Part shown: positions 32,326-45,095 of the stretch, in pieces
How positions within the stretch are numbered: the stretch's first letter is position 1
Layout: every line of letters begins with the position of its first letter
DNA from: Mayamaea pseudoterrestris
Lineage: Eukaryota
Reading direction: 5' to 3'
Assembly (NCBI GenBank): GCA_027923505.1
Contig: BROI01000002.1
Span: 1,302,001 to 1,366,000, forward strand
DNA length: 64,000 nt
The notes under the pieces: generated by a model
What the model saw: the letters and a program-made list of their open reading frames with translations, nothing else
Database searches by the model: none
Told to the model about the DNA's origin: nothing
Position numbers and translations under genes: made by a program

Positions 32326-33694
32326 TCAGACTGTCAGAAACGGCCAAGGATGTCCGATAGGTTTCTCTGTGCTTTCATGAGTGGGCTCGCCATCCAGACA
32401 CACTCGCTTTTGACGAGGATGGTGTGAAGGGGGCAGAAAATCTCGCAGATACATGTCACGCATTTGGGGTGGGAGCTGGTCCACCGAAAATGGCTCTACT
32501 GGTTTCCGGCGTGGCATAAATCTGGCGCATGGTCGAATCATAATGGGACCGTCACCGAGCAGTGATTCGACATCATCTGCTGCGTGTTCGTTGGCGCCAG
32601 ACTTAGCCTCCGGACTGCTGCGCTTCTCTTCTGCATTTGCCTTCTTTGGCTCTTTTCCATTTGCTGATTCTTCCTCCTTCTCCTTTTGCTCATCAGTAGT
32701 ATCGTCCTCGTCGTGACTGTCTGCATCCTTCTCCTCCGCCGACGACTTGTTGGTCGCGCGATTCCGACGAAGGTCCGGTGCACCTTCTCGTAGCGCCTGA
32801 CACGCCTTTTCCTTTGCCCGCTCGTCTCCAATCTCCACGTAAAAGACTTGACCAAGATGATTCGTTTGGTCAAGCTTTTTCAGAAAGCGTCCTCCCTTGC
32901 GGCGAATCAAATCAACCACCAAGGCCGCCACGGCAGGCTTGTCGCGTTTCTTGGCGTGAAGGTATTCCTTTTGGTGTGATTTGACGAGGCGACGAAACTC
33001 GCGGTTTCCGGAGTGCGAGTTGGTCGCTCCGCCGCGACCCGATAGTACGTCCTCGGGCTGTATCATGGTAATGTACTCGATTGTGACGGGTGGCATGAGC
33101 GGAAAAGGGTAGCCGTACATGTGACCGTATGGTGGATATGGATGATAGTACATGTGCGGATGTGGCGGCGGCATGTGATGGTTGTACATGTGTGGTGGTG
33201 GCGGTGGAGGAGGTGGAGGAAATGGAGGCGGGTGCTGATATTGAGTTGAGCTCCCGTTGGATGACTCGAATGAGGACAAGTTTTGCGGATGCATCATAGC
33301 ATAGGAGTCGCTTGATGATGTCGGCGCAATGTAGGGAAATTGTTGGTACTGCTGCTGGTGCTGTTGCGGGTAGTAGTCGCGGGAAGCTGCATCTCGTTGC
33401 TGCTGAAAATTGATATACCCAAATGGCGGGATGTTTGCATTGCACGGGAATGAATCATGACTCGTCGTCGTAGCTCCAAGTGTTGGATAGCTTTCCGTCG
33501 CCTGCAAAAAACATCGTTCATGAGGTACTACATCATAAGAAATGCGCCAATTAAACGCTTGTACACTCTGCATTACTTACCGCCGTCGCCAATGTATCCC
33601 GCGCCTTTGACAAGGGAATGGGCGTCAAGGCATCGATTCGCCAGGTAGGCAACGGCGAGTCGGACGCCTTTGTTTCGGATGAAGTCGTCGACAT
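32326..33694 (-). CDS. DUF6824-type ('DVLxGRG') putative DNA-binding protein, 2 exons
   Basis: EDVLSGRGGATNSHSGNREFR…GGRFLK…AKEKACQALRE with a Pro/His/Gln-rich region. Exon 1 MSTTSSE…TLATA, intron 33502-33580. Confidence 0.8.
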
Positions 33695-34198
33695 GGTGAG
33701 TTTACAGATCAATGAGGCAATTTTGGTTCTTGGTCCATGCAAGCATACATCGAAGCGACTCGCTCCAACAGCAAAGACTCCATCTGCTGTTACTCGTTGA
33801 GCTTTGCCGCGGAGGTGCGAATGAGCACAGTCGCCAGCTAGCAGTGTCAACGCTACCGCAAAGCTACGTTCAAATAATGGTTGTACAGTATATGTACTAC
33901 GTATAATCTCGACCGCTTGTAGAGTGACATGGGTAGTGAGTAACTATTTCGATTGATATTGGTAAGTGATGCAATCAGCTGCATAGACGCTGTCGCATTC
34001 TTGTCGTACCGATACTGTTTTTATTGGACTCTCGTGTGGAGAGTGGTCTTTTCACACTGACAGTCATCATGAAAACACATCACTTGGACGTAACGAATGA
34101 TGACCGTCACCATGACGAAAGGCCAACCAATCCTCGCCGCCTTTGCATGAATCTCCAATTCATCGTCAAGCAAAATCAACGATTGTCACACAATTTTC

Positions 34199-35446
34199 AT
34201 GCACAGAATGTCTCGTTCCAGTCCAAGCAGCGGAAATGCCATTGAAATTGCATCGGCAGCAGCCAGTATTTCCGAAATGGACAAGTCGAACAGCAGCAGC
34301 AGCGGCAAGGCGTTCCAAACCAGCAGCATGCAAACCTTTAAACTCATGCTCCTCGTCGGCATGGTGCTGCAGAATTCAAGTACAGTGTTAGTTGGAAGAT
34401 ATACGAGAAGCTCCGTCGCCAAGCAAGACTTGTACAATGTCAATCATCTCATTTGCATTTGTGAACTCGCCAAGCTGGTGCTATCCATGGCACTGGAAGG
34501 TTACTCGCTCGGAGGAGTCGATGCACTATTTGAAAGCTTTAAGCTCCACAACCTTTCCAAACCACTCGACGCCTTGAAAATCCTAGTTCCCGCATTGCTA
34601 TACTTGGTGCAAAACACTCTCCTCTACGTGGCCCTCTCCAACTTGACGGCGCCCATCTTTCAAGTCACCTACCAAGGCAAGCTTGTCACGACGGCTCTCG
34701 TGAGCGTGTTAATGCTGCAGCGAAGCTACTCGCCGCAGCAATGGATTTGTCTGTGCGTATTGAGTCTGGGAGTCGCCGTGGCCGTGTTGGGAGAAAATGC
34801 GACCAGTAAAGATGCAGCAGCGCCGGTGCATACCAACTTGTTCGTCGGCCTCACGTCGGTAACCATTGCCTGCCTCTCCAGCGCACTGGCGGGCGTCTAC
34901 TTTGAAAAGGTTTTAAAAAAGCCGGGCAACGAAAAGCAGCCGGCGAGCCTTTGGATGCGAAACATGCAGCTGGCATTCTTCTCCGTGGTGATTGCCGCTG
35001 GACAGGGAGTATTTCAAAGCAACAAGCTGTCAGAAGATAATGCTGCTGCCAAGGGATATTTCCATGGATTCACCTTTTGGGTGTGGATCTTGGTTGGTCT
35101 GCAAGCTGGAGGGGGTATGCTGGTTGCTGCTGTCATCAAGGTACGTCGTGTCGCTGCTTGTCGTTCGAGGCAAGACTATCGTTGCTATACCTCTGGCTCA
35201 CGCCTTGTCCTTCATTAATACATCACACAGTACGCCGACAATGTGCTCAAGGGCATGGCCACGGGCGTTTCCATTATTGTTGCAACGGCTTTTTCGACGG
35301 TCCTCTTTGGTACGCCCCTGAGCAGTCAGTTTGTCGTTGGTGCATCCTTGATATTACTTGGCGTGTACTACTTTAGCAATCCATTGCCGGCAGCCATTAT
35401 GCGGGCACAGAGCTCGACGGAAGTGAATAGCTTGCTGCCAAAGTAG
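34199..35446 (+). CDS. SLC35A-family nucleotide-sugar transporter
   Basis: VPALLYLVQNTLLY, FQVTYQGKLVTTA, LAGVYFEKVLK, SLWMRNMQL, GGMLVAAVIK|YADNVLKG; intron 35141-35230. Confidence 0.92.
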
Positions 35447-35716
35447 ATATTGATTGTAAAGAATGAAATAGGATGGTTGTAATTTTGACAAAACTTATTC
35501 TCCTGCTGTTGCCAAGTGAGCACGCTTCTCTAGCGAAGGACTATTGGCTTGCCATAGTAGCAAGCTTGCACTACGATACTCTCAATTCAATGAGCTGCTT
35601 GTGAACTGCTGCATTCTTATTAATACTTGAGAGCTGGTCATTATTACAGCTAACATATTCCTCGATTTTGGCTATCAGTACACCACAGCGACATTCGTAA
35701 TACCGTTATCTATCGA

Positions 35717-36829
35717 TTAATACGCCATGTGCTTCTTCACCGACGCCGGATCCACACTTCCCTTCTTGAATCGAGACGCATCCGTCTTGTAGACGTGAAT
35801 CTCGTTGAGCGACGTTTTTCCGAGCGGTCCTTCGCAGGAAACTTGTCCATTCATGGGCAACGATCCCCACTTGCCCATGGCCGGTGGTTTGCCTTCGCGA
35901 CAGGCCTGCAGAAGTTGCTTGGTCGTTTCCGGTGTCAAGCACTCGTAGTAGTCGTCGTTTAACTGAATCATGGGAGCATTGGCGCAAGCCCCCAAGCATT
36001 CCACCTCGAGCAGTGTGAACAAACCGTCGGGCGTGGTTTCGCCGTCTTTGATGTTGAGCTCCTCCATGATGGTTTTCTTAATGTCTTGGGCGCCATTGAT
36101 CATGCATGGAGTGGTTCCGCATAGTTGGATAAAGTACTTGCCCACGGGGTTTCGATTGAACACTGTATGGAACGAGCAAGTGTGTGAGCACAAGAAGTCC
36201 TCGTCATTAGCAACAGTCAATCAATTTACACAACACAATACAATAACATACTCGTATAAAATGACGCCACTTCGTAGACTCGCACGGGCGATACTTCCAC
36301 AATCTGCGCCACCTTGTTCATGGCGTTGAGCGGCAGCCACCCGCCCGCCTGCCGCTGCGCCAAATCCAGCAGCGGAATCATGCCGGCGCGCTTGTAGTGG
36401 ACGGGATATTTCGACAAGATCTTGTCGACGAGCTCGTAGTTTTCTTCCGTAAAGTCAAAGGGAACGTCGGCATTGTTCGTTGGTGTGTCAATGTGCTGGG
36501 ATATAAGTGGGAGAAAGAAGATGCAATGGAGTTGCAGTGTAAGATAGATTTCATTTGCATATCATAGAGACAACCAAATACACGGATAAACGATCTCATC
36601 AGCTCGCAACTAATTCTTTCTTTCTCAAGACGATCTGATGTAATTGTAAATTTGATTGGCGTTATATTGCTTCGTTCCGTCAATCCTTTTCGCTCGCTCG
36701 CATCATTGATCTCGAGAATATACTCACAAAGGACTTTTGACCGGCAAATCCACGGGCTGCTATATTTTGTACGTGCCCCTTGCTGACTCCTCCTCGACGC
36801 AGGAGCAGTTTGGAAGCGGCTGAGAGCAT
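35717..36829 (-). CDS. NDUFV2: NADH dehydrogenase 24-kDa subunit (complex I), 3 exons
   Basis: Mitochondrial presequence [12 protein letters not shown]; introns 36496-36727 and 36163-36251; [38 protein letters not shown]. Confidence 0.96.
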
Positions 36830-37094
36830 GGTGCTGCTGCCAATATTGGATCGAATCAACTTGGAACAACTGCACCTCCCATGGTGATGCTCGTCTCTCG
36901 CGTCACCACCAGATCTCACGTGACGTATGTTTAACCTCAACGTTAACTTTTGAAATATTAAAGAATCTTCCGTTCACGCGGCAGCCACGCCTGCTACCAT
37001 TCTTTATCGCAGACAGTTTAAAAAGTTAGCCGGGAGCTTCCGCGAAGGCGCACGTGAGCTTGCGCGCATCCTCATTTTCCAAGTCCAAGCCACC

Positions 37095-38981
37095 ATGAGA
37101 AAACATCCGATGCGGCGCCTGCTGCGGTTCCGTCCAACAAAGGAGTCGTCCGAGTCTATTGGCTCGACGACCGCCACGAGTAACTCACAGGACGACGGCG
37201 ACTGGGACGACGTTTACGCCGACGTGCGACCCTTGCTCGACTCGAAAGCCAATTCGTCGCAGCAGCAGCATCGTCACTCGCACCAGGTGCCGTGGCTGGT
37301 TGCATATACATGCTACCTGGCGTACGCCATACTACTGCTACTGGGTCAGTGGCGCGACTGGTTGAGTTTACTGTTGCGGCGCGGCCGCTACTACAGTCCG
37401 CCCAGTGACAAATACGCCAAGCTACTCAACAAGTGGGAGGCGACGTATACGCGACGCATCTACCACCGCATTCAGGATTGCTTTAATCGGCCATTGGCGA
37501 GTCGGCCGGGGACGCGACTGTTGGTGCTGGAGCGGGCTTCGTGCGACGGCAAAAAGAGTTTCCAAGTGTTGCGCAAGAGTCAGTTGCAGCAATCGCAAGT
37601 GGAGGAGTATACCAACAATCCCAACTGCATGGCCGTTGCGAATTCATGCAGTAGCGATAATGATGATGAAAATAGCAACTTGCTCGCTCGAGACTGTCTC
37701 AACCTTGGTTCCTACAATTACCTTGGCTTTGCCGATGACTTTCAATCCACCTGTCGCGCCAAAGTGGTCGCCTCCATGGACATGTTGCCCATTTCCACTG
37801 GCTCGTCGCTGCAAACCTTTGGTCGCACCGTTTTACACGACGAGCTCGAACGCTCCGTCGCTTCCTTTTGCGGCAAACCGGCCGCCCTGTGCTTCAACAT
37901 GGGCTACAACACCAACGCGACGGTACTGCCGGCGCTGTTATTGCAGCAGAATGGATCATCGCCGCAACGCAACTTGATTGTTAGTGACGCGTTGAACCAC
38001 ACGAGCATTGTCAACGGCGCCCGCGCCAGCGGCGCCACCATTCGCACCTTTGCGCACGACGACGTGTCGCACTTGGAGTCGGTGCTACGACAAGCTATTG
38101 TGCAAGGCGTGCCGCGCACGCGGCGGCCGTGGCACAAGATACTGGTGGTAATCGAGGGAGTCTACTCCATGGAGGGAGAGTATAGCGACTTGCGAAACAT
38201 TGTGCGTGTTGCAAAAAAGTATGGCGCCTACGTGTACTTGGACGAGGCGCACTCCATTGGCGCCATGGGTGCGACGGGAAGGGGCATCACCGAATACTGC
38301 AACGTGGATCCGGCGGATGTCGACGTCATGATGGGAACGTTCACCAAGAGCTTTGGCGCCATGGGCGGCTACATTTGCGCGTCCAAGGAAATTATTGACT
38401 ACTTGAGAGTGCATTGTGCTGGAAGTGTGCTGCATACCAGCATGAGTCCAGTGGTTTGTCAACAAATTATTACAGCCTTCAAGGTGAGTGAAATGTGTGT
38501 TTACTGCGCGCATGCGTGAATCCGTCAGTCAATCTTGCACACGTCTCACCATGCGCAAAATCTCTATTCCCCTTAGGTTATTACCGGCCAAGACGGAACT
38601 AATATTGGTCGTCAAAAGCTGCAGGCTCTCAGGGACAATTCCAACTACTTTCGACTTCGATTGGAGCGCATGGGTCTCCAAGTACTGGGTCAGTACGACT
38701 CTCCCGTCATTCCCGTCATGCTGTACCACATGACCAAGATTGCCAGCTTTTCGCGCGAATGTTTCAAGCGCGGCATTGCCGTCGTTGTGGTTGGTGCACC
38801 CGCCGTGCCAGTGCTCGAGTGCCGCGCGCGGTTCTGCATGTCGGCGGCCCACAAACGAAAGGATTTGGACTGGGCGCTGGATCAGTTGGAGGAGATTGTT
38901 GACATTTGCCGCATTCGGCATGGACCAAGATTAGATGTACAAGGCATTGACGTTGTGAATGTTACCAAGAAGGATGACTAA
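37095..38981 (+). CDS. LCB2: Serine palmitoyltransferase subunit 2
   Basis: CLNLGSYNYLGF, SDALNHTSI, DEAHSIGA, PLP-lysine motif GTFTKSFG, RARFCMSAAH; intron 38484-38576. Confidence 0.93.
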
Positions 38982-39474
38982 CAGTAGATGGCGGTCACTG
39001 TTAAAGATGGAGAATTTCGGATGTGATATCGCTCAAATTCATGCATGCAGTTTGCATGCCTAATTGTTGTTCTTGTTCCTTGTTTGCCTGTTTGCTGTCA
39101 TTAATGACCGCAAATACAAGTACTACGGTAGTGTTTGCGTTCGGCCAATGACAGTGTTGTTTACAGTACGTAAAACATTTGTAAAGTGAGATTAAGTCGC
39201 ATTAGACTTAATAAGGTCAGTTTTGCCTAGCGATATCGTAATTCTTTCTGGCGTCAACCGTCGTGTGCTCGTCTACGAAAAGCAGTTGTTCCTGACGCGC
39301 AAACGATAGCTAGCATTTGTTGACGCAGCGGTACTGAAGCGACGTCCAGACCGCGAACGGAGCACCGTCAACCGCGCCGAATGTTTGTCGTTTTGTTCTA
39401 AAACGACGACTTTCACGTTGAAGTTACACAATTCGCGCCTCCATTGGCAAGCTTGATATATACAGACAGGCAAC

Positions 39475-41206
39475 ATGAGGAATAGACTAGTAGTAGCTTC
39501 CGTGGCATGTCTACTCCATAGCTTGTTGTCACCATGCGACGCCTTTTTGTCGTCGTCGAAACATCATCCGTCGGCAATTGCGTTTCGATCACGACACGCA
39601 GCAGCAGCAAGCAACGACAAGGAGGCAGCTCGAGAGGAACTCCAGGCATATCGAAGCAATATTCGAGAGGAAGCAACGCCCGAGCCAGGCAAGGTGAGTA
39701 TATTGTGATTTTGCCATCTGATGATAGCAAGAATGGTTCACTCACCTCTTTCTCCATATACACCATTTTATTCTATTACACAATCAGATCATGGACGTTG
39801 TCATGAAGTTTGGTGGCTCCTCCCTGGCCAACTATGAGCGCATTGACCACGTGGCCCACTTGATCAAGAACCAAATTGCCCTAAACTATCGACCCCGCGC
39901 CGTCGTTTGCTCGGCCATGGGTAAAACGACCAACGCGCTGCTCAGCGCCGGCGCCTTTGCCTTGGAGGGACGCGTCTGCATTGACGCCGTGCGGACGCTG
40001 CACACAAACACCATGGATCACTTTGACTACCCGGCATCGACGCGCGCCGAAGTGTTGGCGTTGCTAAACGAGTGCGAAGACATGTTGAATGGGGTGCGTC
40101 TCATTCAGGAGCTGTCGCCAAAGTCACTGGATCAATTGGTGAGTTACGGGGAGCGCTGCAGCGTGCGCATCATGGCGGCCCGCATGAACCAAATTGGCGT
40201 GCCGGCGCAAGCCTTTGACGCGTGGGACGTTGGCATACTAACGACGAGTGAGTTTGGTGACGCCAAGTTGCTGCCAAATAGTGAAGAGGCGATTCGCAAG
40301 GCGTTTGATCGATTCGATCCAAACATGGTGGCGGTTGTGACGGGATTTATTGGACATGATCCAAAGAAGCGTATTACTACGTTGGGGCGGGGTGGATCGG
40401 ACTTGTCGGCGACGGCGTTGGGTGCGAGTTTGGGTGTTGATGAGATTCAGGTGTGGAAGGATGTGGATGGCATTCTGAGCAGTGACCCACGACTAGTATC
40501 CACGGCAGTTCCCATTGACGAAGTCACTTACGATGAAGCTAGTGAATTGGCCTACTTTGGAGCACAAGTACTCCATCCCATTGCCATGCAACCCGCCATG
40601 AAGTACAATGTACCCGTTCGCGTCAAGAACTCGTACAATCCACAGGCTGTTGGTACCATTATTCGCAACGAAAAGAGCACCAAGCAACTAGTCACAGCAA
40701 TTACCTACAAGCGAGGAGTACGATTAATGGATATTCACTCGACGCAAATGTTGGGTGCCTATGGTTTCTTGGCCCGTGTCTTTGGAGAGTTTGAAAAATA
40801 CAAGCTTTCCGTCGATGTACTGGCATCGTCCGAAGTTTCCATTTCGCTGACGCTCGACAAGAAGCAGCAGTCCAATGACATTTCCGAGCTCATTCGATCA
40901 TTGAAGGAGTGTGCGGAAATCAAGGTGGTGGAAGACCGCGCCATTATCACACTTATTACCGATGTGGAAAAGAGCTCCAAGGTATTGGCAACGGTCTTTC
41001 GCGTCTTTTGCGACTTTGACATCAAGGTCGAAATGATGAGTCAAGGCGCATCAAAGGTTAACATTTCATTCATTGTTTGCGACTCCGATCTGGAGCGAGC
41101 CATTTTGGAGTTGCACAAGTGCTTTTTCGAAGACAAGTGCAGCGTTTCCACAGATTTCTCAAAAGGAGAGACAGCGATTCGCAACGAAACGTTGATTACA
41201 GCGTAA
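39475..41206 (+). CDS. lysC: Plastid aspartate kinase with ACT domains
   Basis: Presequence ending PCDA-FL; intron 39694-39787; VMKFGGSS, TTLGRGGSD, WKDVDG, ELAYFGAQVLHP, MSQGASKVNISF. Confidence 0.94.
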
Positions 41207-41310
41207 CATAAAATGAACATGTTGTCGTATATCTCCTATAACTTCTTCAAACTTATTGTATTAAGTCCTTCGTATTATGAACGTAAATGCCATGCGAGGT
41301 TCCTCTGAAA

Positions 41311-43924
41311 TTAAACACAGGATTTAGCAGGGTCGACTGGGGCAAAGTCAGCGAGTTCTCGATATAAATTCTCCACTGGCTGCTTGAGTAGTTCAAAATC
41401 GCTGAAATGGTCCTTTTGGACGCTTCCTTCCGTGAGCCGCTTGAGCATCTCCATGATTGTGTGCATCCTTTGTGTCTGCCAAAACCAAGGTGCATTTAGT
41501 AGGGCATTCCGACTAATTCCACGGCAATATGACGCCCAGAATCCTTCCTTGCCAATGTAGTAAACGGATGGCTTCCATCTTCGGCGATATACGTTGCCAA
41601 ATGGCAAATTAATGGGCCTTGGAACGCGAGGTATTCGTATACCTATCCCGACATGCCTATAGTTCGAACCACGCTGCGTCAAGGAGATGGTCAAATGGTG
41701 AGTTGATGACTCTGAAGAAAAAATGCCATCCCCCGCCATGAATATATTTTCTTACCTTTGTAACTGTCATATTAGCTGGAAGGTAGGCCACCAAATCGTT
41801 GTGATTGTAAAACCGCGCATACATGATCTTTCCGCGCATTTCCTGGTGTCGAAAGCAGTCCGCAAAGTCATTGCATCCAATCATGGGGCTCCCAAATGAT
41901 ATGACTTTAACAGGACCATTCTTTGTGAAGCGCTCGTCGGTGGAAGCATAGAAACTAAAAACTGTCGACAGAGCCGCGCCTAAAGAATGCCCAGTGACAG
42001 CCAAATGGTAGTCCTCGCCAATTCGACTAATGCCGTACTGATGAGCAAGATTGATAATCTCGTCGTACTTCGTTGTTCCTGTGTCCTTTCGCACCCGAAA
42101 CAAGTAAGCATGGAACCCTTGGTAAATCCCAATAGTTGAAGGTCGATCCTCAAAGTCTTCCGTGATTGGATTCTTGACTCTCTTTTGCTCTGCATCCATC
42201 GCCTTGCTCCAATCCTGTTTCGTAATGGCGCCACGAAACACGACAAGCAGCCGCTTCTTATCTTGATCGACGGCAATCGCATATGTCAGTTCCTGCGCAC
42301 GAACAAATGGTTCGTGAGACGCGTTAACATAAGATCGCGAACGACCCAATCGTGACTTGCACAAACAAACACGTACCTTCATAGGATACCAATCATTGAT
42401 CCATACAACCCGAGCGTTACTCTTGCACATGAGCCGACAAATCGTTCCTGGTCGAAAAAAGCTCGACATGAAGTTCAGCTTGTCATGCACCCGCGATTCA
42501 ACTGCTCGCTCCATGATCAGTAGCAATTCATCGCTCGACAAATTGCGACCCATGCCATCCTTTCGTCTCGTGTCACCATTCAAATCATCCTGATTCAGTG
42601 TTCCAATGACACTGGCTCGAACGCGCGACTGCTGCTCGCCCATGCCAAACAGGGCGTCCGTGGTTTCCTGGACGCGCAACTGGTCGCGCTGCTTTTGCGT
42701 CATCATGATGCTTTTGCGTCGCTCCTGGAGTTCCTGAATGCGACGATCCACATTCTCCTGGACTTGGTGCGCGGCGGCCGCGGCAGCGTCAAACAAGTTG
42801 TTGGCCGGGTGACTGCCTTGCATCGATTGGAAGGGATGGCGGTGAGCGCGAGGACTTGCATTGACGTTTTGACTTTCAATGTCATTGCCACTGCCGAGCG
42901 ACATGTTACTTTCGCGTGACTCTTGGCTGTGCAACATGCGAGGAAACATTTTGCGAAAGGGGCTACTCAAATCATTGCTTTCAGTCGGTTCATTTTTATC
43001 AAGACTAGGCGGTTCATAAGTCTTCTTCTCGTCTGGTATCGATTCTTCCATTTTGTGGTATACTTTGTCGTCTCGGTCTTCTCCTTCCTCATTCTCACCT
43101 TCCACTACCGGTACAATGGGATCAATCAGTAGGCTCAGCGTCGACCGCCTTGCTTCAATGGATGGCACCTTCTTGTTCATGTCTTGGGCCACCATTGTCA
43201 CATAAGCCTTTAGCAATGGATTAATTTCTTCTCTGCGACCGGTTGCAGCAACGTCTGCCACGCCTGGAGAAAAAATGTCCTGCTGCTCAACGTTGGCACC
43301 ATTTTGAGAGGAATCGTCGTCATCAGTATCTAGTAGATTGCTATCATCCAAGGCAATATTAGAACTAGAATGTTCATTATTCTGTTCCTTTTGTTTTTGC
43401 TTTTTGGCATCAATCGTCTTTTTCGTCTCCACCAGCACCATGGCCATGAGCTGCGCCGGCGACAGTCCGTCGTGCGCATCGACGCGCTTTTTCGTGGCCA
43501 CGTGCTGCGTCAAGCCGGCGACTTGGTTGGCCGTGGTGCGAAGCATTAAATCGTTGTCCAGCACCATGCTTTCCCATTTGAGAGAAATGCGGCCCGTGGC
43601 ACTCAGTAAGCGTAGATCGGCCATGAGGAAAATGAGCATGGATAGCGCCATGCCTTCGAGCATTTCATCCAGTAGTGGAATGGAGTGAGGCGATTTGGGG
43701 AGTGGAAAGGAAAAGAAGGATGATTGTTCATCGATGTCGTTTTCGTCGTCGTCATGTTCCGAGTCGTCGCTCGTTTGCTGCTGCGGTGATAACTTGATCG
43801 GGTGTTCATTCGGTATTTGATCCATGTTATTAGCGTGAATTCTCAATAATTCAGCGTACTGCTGCTTTTCGTTAACAATGGCATACCTCGACTTTTGGAG
43901 AAGCTGCGAATGGTTTCGCGTCAT
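41311..43924 (-). CDS. Class 3 lipase with a long N-terminal extension, 3 exons
   Basis: VVFRG, VTGHSLGAAL, SFGSP, HNDLVAYLP, YRHVG, final His in MHT; introns 42293-42376 and 41674-41755. Confidence 0.88.
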
Positions 43925-44156
43925 GGTCGAAGGAAGCCGATGGTTGTTATGATCGCAGCGGGACTAAAATGTCGCAACGTGAACGAGCGCGCGCCGGCCT
44001 GCGTTGGCATGCGACACGCGCCCAAACGGCTGAGCCGGTGAAATTCTCGGCGGCATCCGAGACCATGGAAACGTCGCTGACATGCCGTTCCAACGAGTTG
44101 CATATCTCATCCATAGCTACTATAAACGTTATTTACCTCTGCAAAACTTGACCATC

Positions 44157-44975
44157 ATGTCTTTGACGACTGCCGAGGAACAAATCATGCAGGATGCTTT
44201 TGGATGCAACATGGAAACGTTCATGCATCGTTTGCAAGAGGCAGCAGCACATACATTGGCAGTGGAAGAAGAAAATAAAGCGCAAGACTCCGCATCTTCG
44301 TCCGCCTCTGTTGCAGCATCAGCGAGCGCAAGCGCGACATCAGGCGCCAGCCAAATTCACGAGCGCAAGCGACCAAGATGCGACGGCCGTGAGTCAGCTG
44401 TTGAGGTCTGCAGAAAATTGCAAAATCAAACCATTCCAAGGAAACCCTCTAACAAGAGTTACAAGCACGATAAAGAGTCTGACCCAAAGTCTTGCTCAGA
44501 AGAAAATGACGATGCTATTAATGACTCCACTAGCATGAACGAAATATTGACTCGGACGGAGCAATTGTTCCGCAACGTGCAGCAGGCCACGCGTAGCGTG
44601 ACGGTCCGCGACATTTTAACATGGCTGCAAGCCGACTTTGGCGTCGAATTAGTCAAAAGACACAAGCTGCGCATTAAGGATAAGCTACTGGAGCTGGTGA
44701 ATGAGCAGGCGGCAGCTGCCATGGAGCAAGGTAATGTTGACTCGAGTGACGAGCAGCCGCCAGCTGCTTTTCCATTGCCTGCGCCAAGGGAAGTGATTGA
44801 TCTATTGGACGACTCGGATGAGGAGCAAATTGAAGAAGGAGTTATAAATGATGGTATTGAATATGACGATGACGACGACAGCGTCCAGTTGGAAAAGACC
44901 ATGTCGTGCATACAAGTGGTACAAAGCAAGTACAAGCAGGCACTGGCGGCGAATCAAGTCATATGTTTGGAATGA
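44157..44975 (+). CDS. DEK-C-like domain protein with SIM-like motifs
   Basis: ILTRTEQLF…SVTVRDILTWLQADFGVELVKRHKLRIKDKLLELV resembles DEK_C; EVIDLLDDSD; ends NQVICLE. Confidence 0.65.
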   Translation: MSLTTAEEQIMQDAFGCNMETFMHRLQEAAAHTLAVEEENKAQDSASSSASVAASASASATSGASQIHERKRPRCDGRESAVEVCRKLQNQTIPRKPSNKSYKHDKESDPKSCSEENDDAINDSTSMNEILTRTEQLFRNVQQATRSVTVRDILTWLQADFGVELVKRHKLRIKDKLLELVNEQAAAAMEQGNVDSSDEQPPAAFPLPAPREVIDLLDDSDEEQIEEGVINDGIEYDDDDDSVQLEKTMSCIQVVQSKYKQALAANQVICLE

Positions 44976-45095
44976 CTTGAGATCATATTTTATACTAATA
45001 CGAGGAAAGTTATATCTAGCAAGAATATGTACCGTTGTCAAAAGCAAGTAGCTTCGTTACATTAGTATATATCGAGTCATGTTAAGTTGAACACT

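Noticed and set aside
34199..43924. Sugar-nucleotide transporter, LCB2 and lipase as a glycosphingolipid gene cluster
   Set aside because: They are interspersed with unrelated housekeeping genes (NDUFV2, aspartate kinase), and there is no evidence beyond proximity.
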